Source: Nemertoderma westbladi
Lineage: Eukaryota > Animalia > Xenacoelomorpha
DNA length: 64,000 nucleotides
Direction: 5' to 3'
Assembly (NCBI GenBank): GCA_032718475.1
Contig: JAUCBJ010009042.1
Location: forward strand, 39,662-103,661
Below are positions 53,101 to 64,000 of the stretch, one piece after another. Positions within the stretch are counted from its first letter, which is position 1, and each line of letters starts with the position of its first letter. A program made the position numbers and the translations under genes. The notes beneath the pieces are model-generated. The model was not told where the DNA came from. It worked only from the letters and a program-made list of their open reading frames with translations, and made no database searches.

Positions 53101-55705
53101 CCATTGCATCATTTCCTCATCAGAGAGTTTACGTGCTGCTTTACGATCTACCATATCTTGTATTTGATCACCATATACTTTTTTCCACTCAGGCTGCTTG
53201 TTAAGTCTTTTTTCAGTTGATAAAAATACTGCCTTTACTGCAGGGAGATTATTTGGTAACAGTTTGGGGTCCATCACATATGGGTAGCTACAATCCCAAT
53301 GTGGGTCTTCGGTATGGTTATCACCATTAGGTTTAAAAGTCAAACCTTTTTCAATTAAAGTTAGTTCTCTCTCTTCTTTTATACTCATTTCTCTACCACC
53401 GGCTTGACATCCACCACACCGACAACCACCACAACGAGGTATACATGTTGCTCCAATTTGGTCATAACAAAAATGTTTGACCAACTGTTGTATTTCTTTA
53501 TCAGCAGATGGAGTTGTATGAAATGAAAATTGTAAACCCTGCATATGTTGAGCTTTCCAATGCTGAACAACACATATGTTCTGCTAACCTTTCATGGGCA
53601 CCACCAATAGCATAACCATGTATGCCATGATATAATACTAACTCACCAACATTATCCACAGGGTATGGAATACTGGTCGCATTACGTAAAGAGATCATTA
53701 ATGAAATTTTTTCTGGTCGACGTAAATCCCTTTTCGACATATAAGGAAAGAGTTCAGATAAGACATTTGGGTCGGCATGGGTAGAGATAGAAGTAACTTT
53801 CTCCAATCCATACATCAAATATTCTTTATATTTACCAATTTTTGTCTGGATTTTAACAACATAACGATAAGTATCAATAAAAGTTTCTAAGCCAGCTATC
53901 CCATGTAGATCTAACGTACACTTCTCCCCTTGCAGATTTAATCTTTTTGCTAGTTCAAATGTAATATAATGCGTGTCACTGCATTGATCAAACATCACAC
54001 CCTCTTCTGCTCCACCAAATAATTTCACAAATTGTATCATCATAATACAAGGTAATTCCTTTTCTGTGCCATTTTTTGCAAGGGTGGTATGCGTTTGACT
54101 TTCTTTGGCTGGGGTTTCGGTCTTTGCACAGCTAGTACTGTTTCCCTTTTTGTGAATTCCACTTTGAAAATGCAATAAAACATTATGTTTTAGGTCAGAA
54201 CATTCCTTACAAATTCTTGCCCAAGATGTATTTGGACAGTTAAATGCTATATGTCCGACTTCCAAACATACCATACATATTCCTTTTGCCCGCACAACAC
54301 GTACCCGTGTACTTGGTTTCATTGACATAAATTTATCACACTTCCACAGAACATGTTTAGTTCCAAAACAAACTCGGCATTTTACAGAGTTTCCCATTTC
54401 TGAAACTGTATAATGTGTCTGAGAAGTTTTCAACGGTGTTGCATTTTGCTTAACATATGACGGCTTCACAACTCCTGCTTTTTGGATGTCAACTATCATA
54501 TATTCTGCTCTTATCTTCAAGCTGCGTAGAAATTTCACTAACTTATTAAACCTATGATCTCCAGCAAGATCAGTTTCCTCAGCAATACTTTTAACCCATT
54601 CACCATAATATGGTTCAGGAAGTTTCCTTTCAATTTTTCTGCAAACTGTCGTATTGCTAATTTCTGTTAACGCATCTTGACCCTCTAAATCAATAATAGC
54701 CCGTTCAATTGTTTCTACAAACTTTACAATTTGATCATTATCACGGGGACTATTTAATGCATCAATTTCATCAACAACAGCACTTATAGTAAATGCTTGC
54801 CGTCCAAACTGATTTTCCAAAACACTAAACATGGCCTCATAATCATCCAATGGTAAGTTGTTCATTAAATATTGATATTGTGTCGGAACAGATTCCCATA
54901 GTAGTTGACATACTTCCGTTTTATTTCTACCAGGAATTACTAAACCCTTAAACCTGCGTGACCAATCCATATAGCCCCGGCATGTTCCATTAAACTTTGG
55001 TGGTTTAATTCGATCCATTCGGACAGCACCTGTTGAATGAGATCCACTTTCCAGTGAGGTATCTCTCAAACCAGTTGATGAAAGTGAACCCATACCACTG
55101 CCTATAGTTTGGTTTACAGCTAAATAGTTGTCAGTTCGTGCTTTCATAGAATAGAAAGTATCATTCACAGTTTCACTCCAAACCATTGCACTATCGAGTT
55201 CACTATCATCTAAATAAGACATAACAGAGCTATTTAAAGCTTCACAAGCTTCTTTGGAACTTTTCACATCAGACATCAGCCCACTAACAGTTGATATCAT
55301 ACCTTGGCGTTCCTTAGGTGTGATATCCGTTATTAAACAATGATCTAACCTTTTAGTTAGCATATCAAACTGATGACATTTAATATTCCTTTCTCTCTCC
55401 AGTGCTGTCTTCAATCCATTTTGCCAAACAAGTTTTGCATTATCATATCGAGCCTTCTCGACATTTAACCACTTTTCTTCACGTTTTTGGTCTGCCGGCT
55501 GAAGTGAGCCACCTACAATAGAGTCACTCAGCATTTCAACATAAACTTCATGGTTTTCATGGACAAGATCAACTGCAGCATTAACTGCATTCCATGCGGC
55601 ATTCCATGATTCAATGGAGTCCTTTGGTCCCAAAGCATTTAATACAGATAGTTTTCTGGTTAATTTTGCTTTTGCAGCCGTCCTGCTGGACTTGGCTGCT
55701 TCCAT
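50149..55705 (-). pseudogene. gag-pol: E3 Gag-Pol, with frameshift (about 53520), in-frame stop (53023-25) and internal deletion in integrase
   Basis: Gag KFNGTCRGY and knuckles CRVC, CMVCLEVGH, CKECSDLKHNVLLH. Protease MFDQCSD. RT DIKKMFNS and FVDD. RNase H FSDGS and NPADLVTRG. Integrase SLDLFGP, SDPGSQL and GAAESAVK, then a jump to RNLQVGDVVLV without the LNxRPL...FWxxW segment seen in E1 and E2. Confidence 0.92.
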
Positions 55706-55718
55706 ATTTCTGGGTAGT

Positions 55719-55729
55719 CTGGTTCGAAT
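55719..55729 (-). promoter_or_regulatory. E3 putative self-priming PBS (ATTCGAACCAG)
   Basis: Directly abuts the 5' LTR. Perfect 11-nt complement of CTGGTTCGAAT in the LTR (minus strand 56013-56003). Confidence 0.65.
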
Positions 55730-56805
55730 TGTTTCACTGCATTCAGTGAAAAAGTGGGGTTTCAAATTATTTCACTGCATTCAGTCAAATTTGTGGGAAC
55801 TTCCATTTCTGCTTTCAATAATGTTTTCAGTTTTAGCGGTCCCAATATCAAATAACCCACCCAATTTCAATAACCAGTACAAACAAAGAAGACTGTCGCA
55901 TTCATTACTTCTTTAATCTACTTGTCAAATTACAGAACTATATACATAAACAAAACATACAACCATATCTCGAACTGTCGAAAGTAGTAAAGTTACGTAA
56001 AGATTCGAACCAGTTCATATCCCATTTGTACCGGTAATTAAGATATATAATCACTATATAAATCAAAAGGAATTATATATACAAGTTCATGGTGTATATA
56101 CGGCCTATTAAATTAGACTGTTGAATACAGGTATATATAGAGAAATTGGATTGGTACCGGTATTATTACTTTTGTACACCAAACATTAATCCGGTACTCT
56201 TAATACAAAATATATTAAGACAGCTGAATACAGGTATATATAGAGAAACTGGATTGGTACCGGTATTAATACTTTTGTACACCAAACATTAATCAGATAC
56301 TCTTAATACAAAATATATTAAGACAGCTGAATACAGGTATATATAGAGAAACTGGATTGGTACCGGTATTATTACTTTTGTACACCAAACATTAATCAGG
56401 TACCCTTAATACAAATATATTACCGTCCTATACGACGGTACGTTATTTCATTTTAGTACAGTATTGTTAGAATGACGGGTTAAGATCAATAATACAACTA
56501 AGAATACTCTAAAGTGTATTATTACGGTACTTGTACGGCGGTTATGGTACTGCAGTAAAGTTACTGCAGTAAGCCGGTAACGGTACAGTGGTTACATAAT
56601 GGCCCTTGGCCTACTGCCTTAGCCTACATGATGTAGTAACATAATATCGCACCCATCACCAGTCTGCCAGTCGTAATTAACCTATTTCTGTTTCAGTCCA
56701 ACAAATTAGAATTAAAAGCAATAGGCTCGTTCTTCATGCCCTTCTATATACAGACTGCTGAATGCAGACCGCAAATTGAGCCATGGCCTAATACTGAGCG
56801 AAACA
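55730..56805 (-). repeat. E3 5' LTR
   Basis: TG...CA ends, with the gag ATG 24 nt downstream on the minus strand. Confidence 0.96.
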
Positions 56806-58424
56806 ACGTCTGGAGTAGGTGTATGACTATATTGTTTTATCTATTTTTATTATATTTTTATATGCGAACTTTATTATGTACTTTATTATAATCGTTTTTA
56901 TTCAATTTTATTTAGTAGAAGGTTATTTTAGATTATTAAGTAGATTAGTGCAATATATTAGTGTTTATTACGTAATTACATATATAATATATATTTAGTA
57001 TGACGGCGAGAAATAATTTTTCTCTTTCCTTACTGTCCGTATCATATTATAAATACGTGACTACAGTAAGATGAAATGTCCGTACTTATTAAAGTACAAT
57101 AAAGCCACTACTATATTCAAGTATTATTGGTAGGCAGAGTATTAGGAATGCAAAGTTCAGATCCTCGTGTCTCGGCTAAACCAAGCTCTGGGAAGACCTT
57201 GGAAACGACTTGCCTCTTCACACTGACATTGCTTCGTGCGATATTGCTCTTCTACCTTATATTAAATAATACATATAGTAGCGTGATGTCCCTAACAGTA
57301 GCGTAAAACGCAAATAAATCTGTTAAACCTTTTGACCATCTGTAATTCTAGTCGATTAAGATATCGCGGCACCCACCGATATACTTGAAAGACAAATTCT
57401 AGAATCAGTGGTTAACGTCCCCAGACAAGTTCTGGAATAAATCGGTGCCCATCTTAAATATTAATTTAATATTTATTAAAATCTGTAAAATTCAGATCCT
57501 TTAAAATTTCTAGTCAATTAAGATATCGCAGCACTTACCGATACTCTTAAAGGACAATTTTATAGAATTAAGGATCCTCAGTCCCCAGACATGCTCTGGA
57601 ATAAAAATTGTGTCAATTTTAACATCAAATAATAAAATTCACGGGAATAAATTTAAATTCATATTTTAAATGAATTTCATAAATTGTCATTTTGTGCAAT
57701 TTATAACATTCCCAAAATTCCATTAATTAATAGATCATGGGAGCGGAGATTCATCCTATTGAGTGTATTAGAGTGCGAGAATCTCCAACATATAGTCAAT
57801 AGCCGATAAAATTAATAAAATCATGCATAAAGAGGATATTGACAATTAAAGAATTACTATTAAATAGCATTCCAGATCTGTATGCATGAGAATTACCCTA
57901 ATTCTACCGCTAGCATTCCATAATGTCACCATAGCAACACCCACGCTAGAATTAGAAGCAAGTTAAAAGAACAATAGAAAGCTTGTCCCATTGCATAGCA
58001 TAGAGAATACATAGCACACTGTTAGTATCCAAGGATACACAGTAATAACGTGACATTCTGGAAGGCATTGACTAACGGACAAATGGCCTGTATGTGTACA
58101 ATTGGTGACAGTTGTGTGGAATTTGTGTGTTTATAGGTGAATGTTACTGCTAAAGTATGTTTACAGTAGCTAGTCGCAATTGCAAAAGTAGCCCAACTCT
58201 CCTATAGAAAGAACCTCAAGTGGATCCAAGCCTTTGGGACGGACAGTGGAGTGACTTGTGCCGGTTATCGTTGTCATGCTGTTGCTACATGTTGGCGTAA
58301 ACACCGCGACGACGGTACATCGGCGCTGAGAATCCCACTGTCCGGGGGCAAAGAGAGGTAGGCAGCGACGCCCGCTCGCCTAAACATAAACTCATTGTGA
58401 TATTAATAAACTCAGATAGCAGAT

Positions 58425-61400
58425 ATGACGGAGTTGATAGAAGATGATCTTGGTATTAGGGAGCGATATACTCGACCTTTACAAGCATTTGTGGATAGCT
58501 TAATATGCGGTGAAGCCGATCCCACCATTACAGAGGACGATGGTCGTTATATCGAACCGCCGATGTCCCAAGAGCAACTTGCGCGTGAATTGGATTATCG
58601 AAAAGAAAATTCACCGCTCGCTATACGAATCGTAATGGTACGTATATGGACTTCTTAACTACCGGCCATCCTATCGATTTACATGATACGGACGATGTAG
58701 ATACAGAGAGGGAAATGGTTCTATTTAAATATCATACCCAGCGGAGTCGTAATGATAAACCGAGAATAGATCACGAAAATTCTATTCGTAATAGACTGGA
58801 AAGAGAAAACGTTGAAGAACCGGATAAACGCATCGACTTCAACGAATACCTAGAATTTTTGAGAGAAACCTATCTCAACATCGCCAGTCAGCAGAACCTA
58901 GAGACTCGATATCCTCAAGGTATACATCATGACCCTGTGGTAGAACTCAAACGGCTCTATTTCACGATGATGTATCTTACCGCCGATCGTCCACTACCTG
59001 TTATCCCGGATAGTTTTGAACAAATGGAAGAATATTGCAAAACTGGAGAACGATCACCCGCGTTTCCTCTACAGGACGTACGTCTTTGGTATTATTGTGA
59101 CGAATGCCCTAGACCCAACCAACAAACTGAAAGACATAAACATCCGCGGAGACGTTGCGCTAAACACAGCTTTACGCGTTACACTTACGGGAGTTTCGAG
59201 CGAAACCTGTTCGACGTACCACCTACGATCGCTCGTCTTAAACGATCACTGAATAAACCCATGATCAGAGTTCCGGAATACTCGGTCAGGCCTCCTCATT
59301 CCCTAGTGAGACCTCAAACTCTTGATCCTAACAGTATCACTGATCCTCCCGAACTATATTCCCTGTTCAAAGACTTAGTGTTACCCGAACAATTAATCGG
59401 TGGTGCTCCGGTAGTGGGTTCGTTAGACATTCGCCCATCCTACTTAGCCGGATTGGGACGCGGGCAGCTAATATCGCCCTTTGATCCTTACAATCGTCCA
59501 GGATTAAACCCGATGCAACCCGCCACGGAAGTCGAGGAGAGCGTTATAAGAAACGCTTTAGACGCTATTCGACAGAAGATCGGAAAGGGAACACAAGATT
59601 GTTTAGAGAAACGTAAATTACAACAACAAGTCCAATCGGTGAAGGAGTTAGCCTTGCCACAGTTCGATAGAGAAATCCAAAACCTCGAGGAGGACATCGA
59701 GCTTGGACGCACGTATTCTCTACAAGAATTTTTAGATGAACGCTTACAGAGACAAGCGGAAGAAAATCTACTCGAAGAGAAACACACGAAAATGGACGAG
59801 AGAGAAGAAGCCGCTTTAGCCCAACCTGAAGCTCAAATCCTTATGACGGATCTCTACTCTAAAACCATCCGTCATCCCTCGATGATTCCACATTTCGGAG
59901 ACAAACTCTTCGCGACGATACAACCTCAACCGGTTGATATCAGTACAGGATCGCAAAATCTTATCGCTGACGCCCCTATGTTACAGCGTCCGCCGATCGA
60001 GGCCGCTCGTGTTGACGGTATACTCGTTGAACCTCCGGACAATCGAGCGGATCTTGTCCGTCGTATGGTACACGATGTCAACATATGCGCTAGACCTTTA
60101 CAGAACTCGTTTTATGGGATTAAAGACCACCCTTATTACGTTAATCTGACTCAATATTATATGGTAAAACCAGAAGACCCGACGCATAATTTAAAGTTTC
60201 TACCACTAATAAATCCTCTAGACATTGTCGAACTCGAACAATTGCAGAAACATCTGGATCAGTTAGTAAAGGTAAACTCATTTAGAAAACCATATAACAT
60301 TTCTCGAATCGAGAAGGATATAGAACCTCCTTATAATCTCGATGGATTTATTAAAACTCGATTAGTCCATTGGAATCTAGATGTATTATTTGAAGAAGAG
60401 AAAATACAAAGATATGGAAATGTGGAGACGTATACCACTCGGCACATGAAGTATAGTGATCTCCCTGACGCTAACCAATGCGCCACCTTGTGGCATCCAG
60501 TAGGGATGACCCTAGAGAACGCCACCAAGGAGTGGAATGAAACTCTTAATGTTATTGAGATGTATGGAGTTGTCACCTACGATAATGAAGGTAGCGTTCC
60601 GGTCGGAGAACTAGGAACTACGCGCATGATCCACATACGCGGATTAGCTGGTTCTACCCACGTGTTTACTCGAGCGTGTTCCGACGTGATTGATTATTCC
60701 TTTGAAACTCTCACCGAAACACAAAAGAATCTCCGACATGGACAATTCGAACTCGCGCAGCGTTACGTCATTGACACCGAACGCAAACCGGCCATGGGTA
60801 TCGATGGATCGATGTTACCCCAGCCCGTACTCGAGATGTTGTTCAACGAAAGAATCCTTAAAATCGGCTCAGCTGTTTATGGAGATCTCCAAAACGACTT
60901 TCGGAATATGGAGAACATTCCATACCCTTTCGTTGATACTCAGCTGATTGCTCCCTGGGCAGAAGGTCGAGGTTTCTTCCGCACCATGTATGCTAATACG
61001 TCTAGCAACATTACAAAGGTGCAACGAACTTCCATCGGACATCTTGCCTTTCAGGAATACGGATGGAATTTCAAAGTCGGAAATCCCATCAACTATCAAC
61101 AAGTATACGGAGACCATTATTCTCGATTATACTTTGATGGACCATTGACCGCACCTGGCGCCGTGTATAGCTTCATGAGTGTTCCACTCCGTCCCTCCTT
61201 AGCTATCTACACGATCTTTGAAAACACCGCACTTGCCGGTTGGCTAGCCGATGTGTGCAGTCGTACTATACGCGCCCATCCATTAATACTTGGGACCAAA
61301 CTCGCTAAGCTAGATGAACATAATAAATTCATCCGCTTCGAATGTTTCCGGCGATTTTTAACCCCGTTCCGCAACGTGGATAGCCAATTTAAAGACCGCG

Positions 61401-62660
61401 CTTTGACCCAGCTCAGCCTAAGAAACTCAGCTGCAGAGAAGTTGGATAGCGCTGGATTCGCCATTTTCAAAGAGATTTGTATATAGAACTTGCACTCCTC
61501 TGTTATACAAAGACCTCGAATCCCCACAGGTTATTCTGTCGTGGAAATTCAGACAATAGGTCCACCTGAAGAGACAGACACGCCCACCTCAGCTATGCAC
61601 TTGGAAGAAGAACCAATATGTCTAGAATCTGAGGAGATTCAGCCTATCGCGCCCCGGAACAGCGACAACGATTACATCATAGAATGGTATCAAGGTCCAC
61701 AGTGTCTCACTGCATACGATTATCGACATGCCAACTATGTTTCTAGGCAACGTTGTCGGTTATGCGCATCGAGAGACCATGATACGCCCATGGACACAAA
61801 CGTCCGCTGTTCCTATTTCCAAGAACAACCGACGATGGAAATTTATTGCGCATATTGCAGACTCAATAACTTGCATATTTTTGCGGTTTGCCCTCAATTT
61901 ATGACTCAATGTCACCATTGTCAACTAAAGGGACACGCCAGTTTCGATTGCCCTTTTAATCGCGATTTGGAAAGCGTAGATGAAATGATCACACTACGTT
62001 ACATCAGAGCTTGGGAAGCGAACGCTGATTTACATTGTGATTCGCGCCATCGTTATTATCCTGGACGCGCTTACGAAGGAGTTTATGCGTTCCATCCTTA
62101 TCTATTCGCTTCTGTCGAACAGAAATCACGCATATCGAGTTACGAACTACTGAAGCGCGTCGGAGAATGTATTTCAACCAAATTTGTACGCAAATTTCTC
62201 AGGAGTGTTAATCCTAGCGACCTTCATTCCTATAACTTAATCAATTATATCCGTCAGGATCCGGACTATGGAGACTTATTTGTTAACTCACACCCCGAGT
62301 TACAGGAAGTATATCGACGGCCTTACGAATACCGAGCCCGCGAACGCGAGTTGGAAAGAACCATTAAACCCCGGAGGTTTCTAACTGCCTATGGTCCACC
62401 CACGGCTCTCGTTCAGAGCGGCTGTCTTAAAACGAGCTCTTAAAGCCGTTAGACCCCTCTCCCCCGACGTTGATGTCAATCAACCCGGCACTTCGACTGG
62501 CGGATACACCGACCATAATCCTACACCCTCTGATGCAATTATATTGCACCCTTCACCCAGGAGTTATAGCCCTCCTTGTAAAGTGGCTCGCCCCAAAGAG
62601 AAAAGGACTCTGGCTAGCTTTAAAAAACTGCGTAAACGCCGTCCGCGTAAGAAAGACTAA
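58425..62660 (+). pseudogene. E2 ORF3 (about 1400 aa if repaired): long N-terminal region, DEDD 3'-5' exonuclease, CCHC zinc knuckles, basic tail
   Basis: Pieces 58425-58658 (frameshift), 58646-61486 (in-frame TAG), 61490-62443 (frameshift) and 62391-62660. Motifs YDNEG, LPQPVLEMLFNERILKIGSAVYGD, FVDTQ, TSIGHLA, PLRPSLAIYTIFEN. Knuckles CAYCRLNNLHIFAVC and CHHCQLKGHASFDC. Tail KKLRKRRPRKKD. Confidence 0.78.
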
Positions 62661-62738
62661 CTGTTTAGAGTATTTACGTATATTAGAAACTGTGATTTTG
62701 TATATTTTATAGACTCAAATCCCATTTTCTGGGAGCGG

Positions 62739-63997
62739 TGTAAAAGCTTTTGTGGGATATAACTGGCCCTTTTGCTTTGCAATCCAGTTTCCCCCCAGGC
62801 GCTGGAATACTCTAAAAAGCTCACTAACTCGAATGATGCAAAGCGACCGGCTGATTGGCTGATTTGTTATACGAGGGGCTCTTTACTATGTTCTATCGGC
62901 CAACCAGAGCTATAGCAGCAGAGTATGCAACCAGGACAACCGAGCGGAGTGACTCATTTTGTGTGTTGGCCAAGGGTTGCAAAATTCCTGATAGTTCGGC
63001 ATTTAGATATTCGTGGAACTTGTGGAATCTGGTGTTCTGCCAATGAGAGCTATTCCTCTCTGTGTAAAAGATACCTGCAACGGTGTTAGGGACAGTAGCA
63101 GTTTTTTGTGATACTGTTTTGTTGTTTCTATCTAGGCCAGGAACACCGGCTCTAGAGTCAATTCGTTTCAGACTTTAGAAGAAACATTAGTAGGCTTAGA
63201 TTATAGAACGTATAACTGTTATCAGTTCAACTCGGCCCAATTATCGGCACAGTCCAGTCTTAACGGCACATACATTGTCATATCATATCTTAACCTACCG
63301 TCTTAATGCTTTTTACTGTTGTTATTATTTTGTATCAGTTGGTTGAATATTATTTGGAGAACATCTATAAAGAACCCAAATTTCCCAATTTTCTTGATAC
63401 ACTACAGGTTAGAGAGACAGGTTACATATAGCGATTGCGACTTATATTATTGTGGTTTGTAGTGAATTTAATGCTATTTGATAAGCACTACATGAGTCAA
63501 TTGCTGTTCTCTTTATATATGATAAAATTCATTGACAGTCGGCAAATTAGTGTGCAGTATTGTGCGTTACCGGTAGTGTGCATGATTGTGACTGATAACT
63601 AAGCATTTCCTAAAGAATGCGCCTCATACGTGAATCATAAGCCTTCCCGACTTACCGTTGTGTTTAGTATAAGTCATATCTCTGTTTACCTAGATAGAGC
63701 GCCACGTCCTAAAGGAACTGTTAATATTTCCCGAAAGTGAATAATATTAGTCAGAAATTATTTATTAACAATCAATCGAATAATACAGTAAGCTTACACT
63801 GCAATAACAATCTAAGCCCTCCGAATCCAGTCTCCCGGGTATATCCAGCGGGTGAATGGACGCGCACTAGACTGGCTTCGACTAATGTTGTGTTTATTGG
63901 TATTAAATATTTGTCATTTACTGAAGTCTATTTATAAACCAAAAGACATATAAATTTTGGCAGGTTAAACTGCTAAAGGTCTTCAAAAGCGCGTACA
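62739..63997 (+). repeat. E2 3' LTR
   Basis: Matches 37365-38623 at constant offset 25374. Confidence 0.96.
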
Positions 63998-64000
63998 GAA

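Larger units (their letters stand above)
49010..56805 (-). mobile_element. E3: BEL/Pao LTR retrotransposon nested in E2 in opposite orientation (7796 bp, no ORF3)
   Basis: 1076-bp LTRs (49010-50085, 55730-56805), TSD ACGTC (49005-09, 56806-10) and PPT GGGTGGGAGG on the minus strand at 50086-95. Confidence 0.96.
37365..63997 (+). mobile_element. E2: very large BEL/Pao LTR retrotransposon with extra exonuclease-zinc-knuckle ORF, containing nested E3
   Basis: 1259-bp TG...CA LTRs. Left flank GAATT and right flank GAA (window ends) fit a 5-bp TSD. PPT GGGAGCGG at 62731-38. Confidence 0.95.

Noticed and set aside
55715-55730. GGTTCGAAT as a tRNA gene or B-box
   Set aside because: No cloverleaf or A-box. 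It sits at the PBS position between the LTR and the gag start.

Overview
AT-rich eukaryotic (probably invertebrate animal) DNA made almost entirely of repeats and transposons, with no recognisable host housekeeping gene. 1-16.4 kb holds two copies of an AT-rich repeat block (offset 13,241 bp), a TA-TSD DNA transposon, a MULE-like foldback MITE, an RTE-type LINE fragment, three arrays of a 53-bp satellite and a (TATGC/TATATGC)n tract. The rest is dominated by three young, complete BEL/Pao LTR retrotransposons: E1 (17040-31447, +, 14.4 kb, TSD AATTA), E2 (37365-63997, +, about 18.8 kb without its insert, inserted into an EnSpm/CACTA-type transposase) and E3 (49010-56805, -, nested in E2, TSD ACGTC). 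Main observations: (1) E1 and E2 have dissimilar LTRs but both carry, in the env position, a large extra ORF encoding a WRN/Mut-7/EXD-like DEDD 3'-5' exonuclease plus CCHC zinc knuckles and a basic C-terminal tail. (2) None of the three elements has a TGG tRNA primer-binding site. In E3 and E1 the sequence after the 5' LTR is perfectly complementary to 11-13 nt inside the element's own LTR, suggesting Tf1-like self-priming. (3) The E1 LTR carries arrays of covarying RNA hairpins: six kink-turn/UUCG units, and a GNRA hairpin that also recurs inside gag, pol and ORF3. All domain calls are by eye from motifs, and no database search was run.
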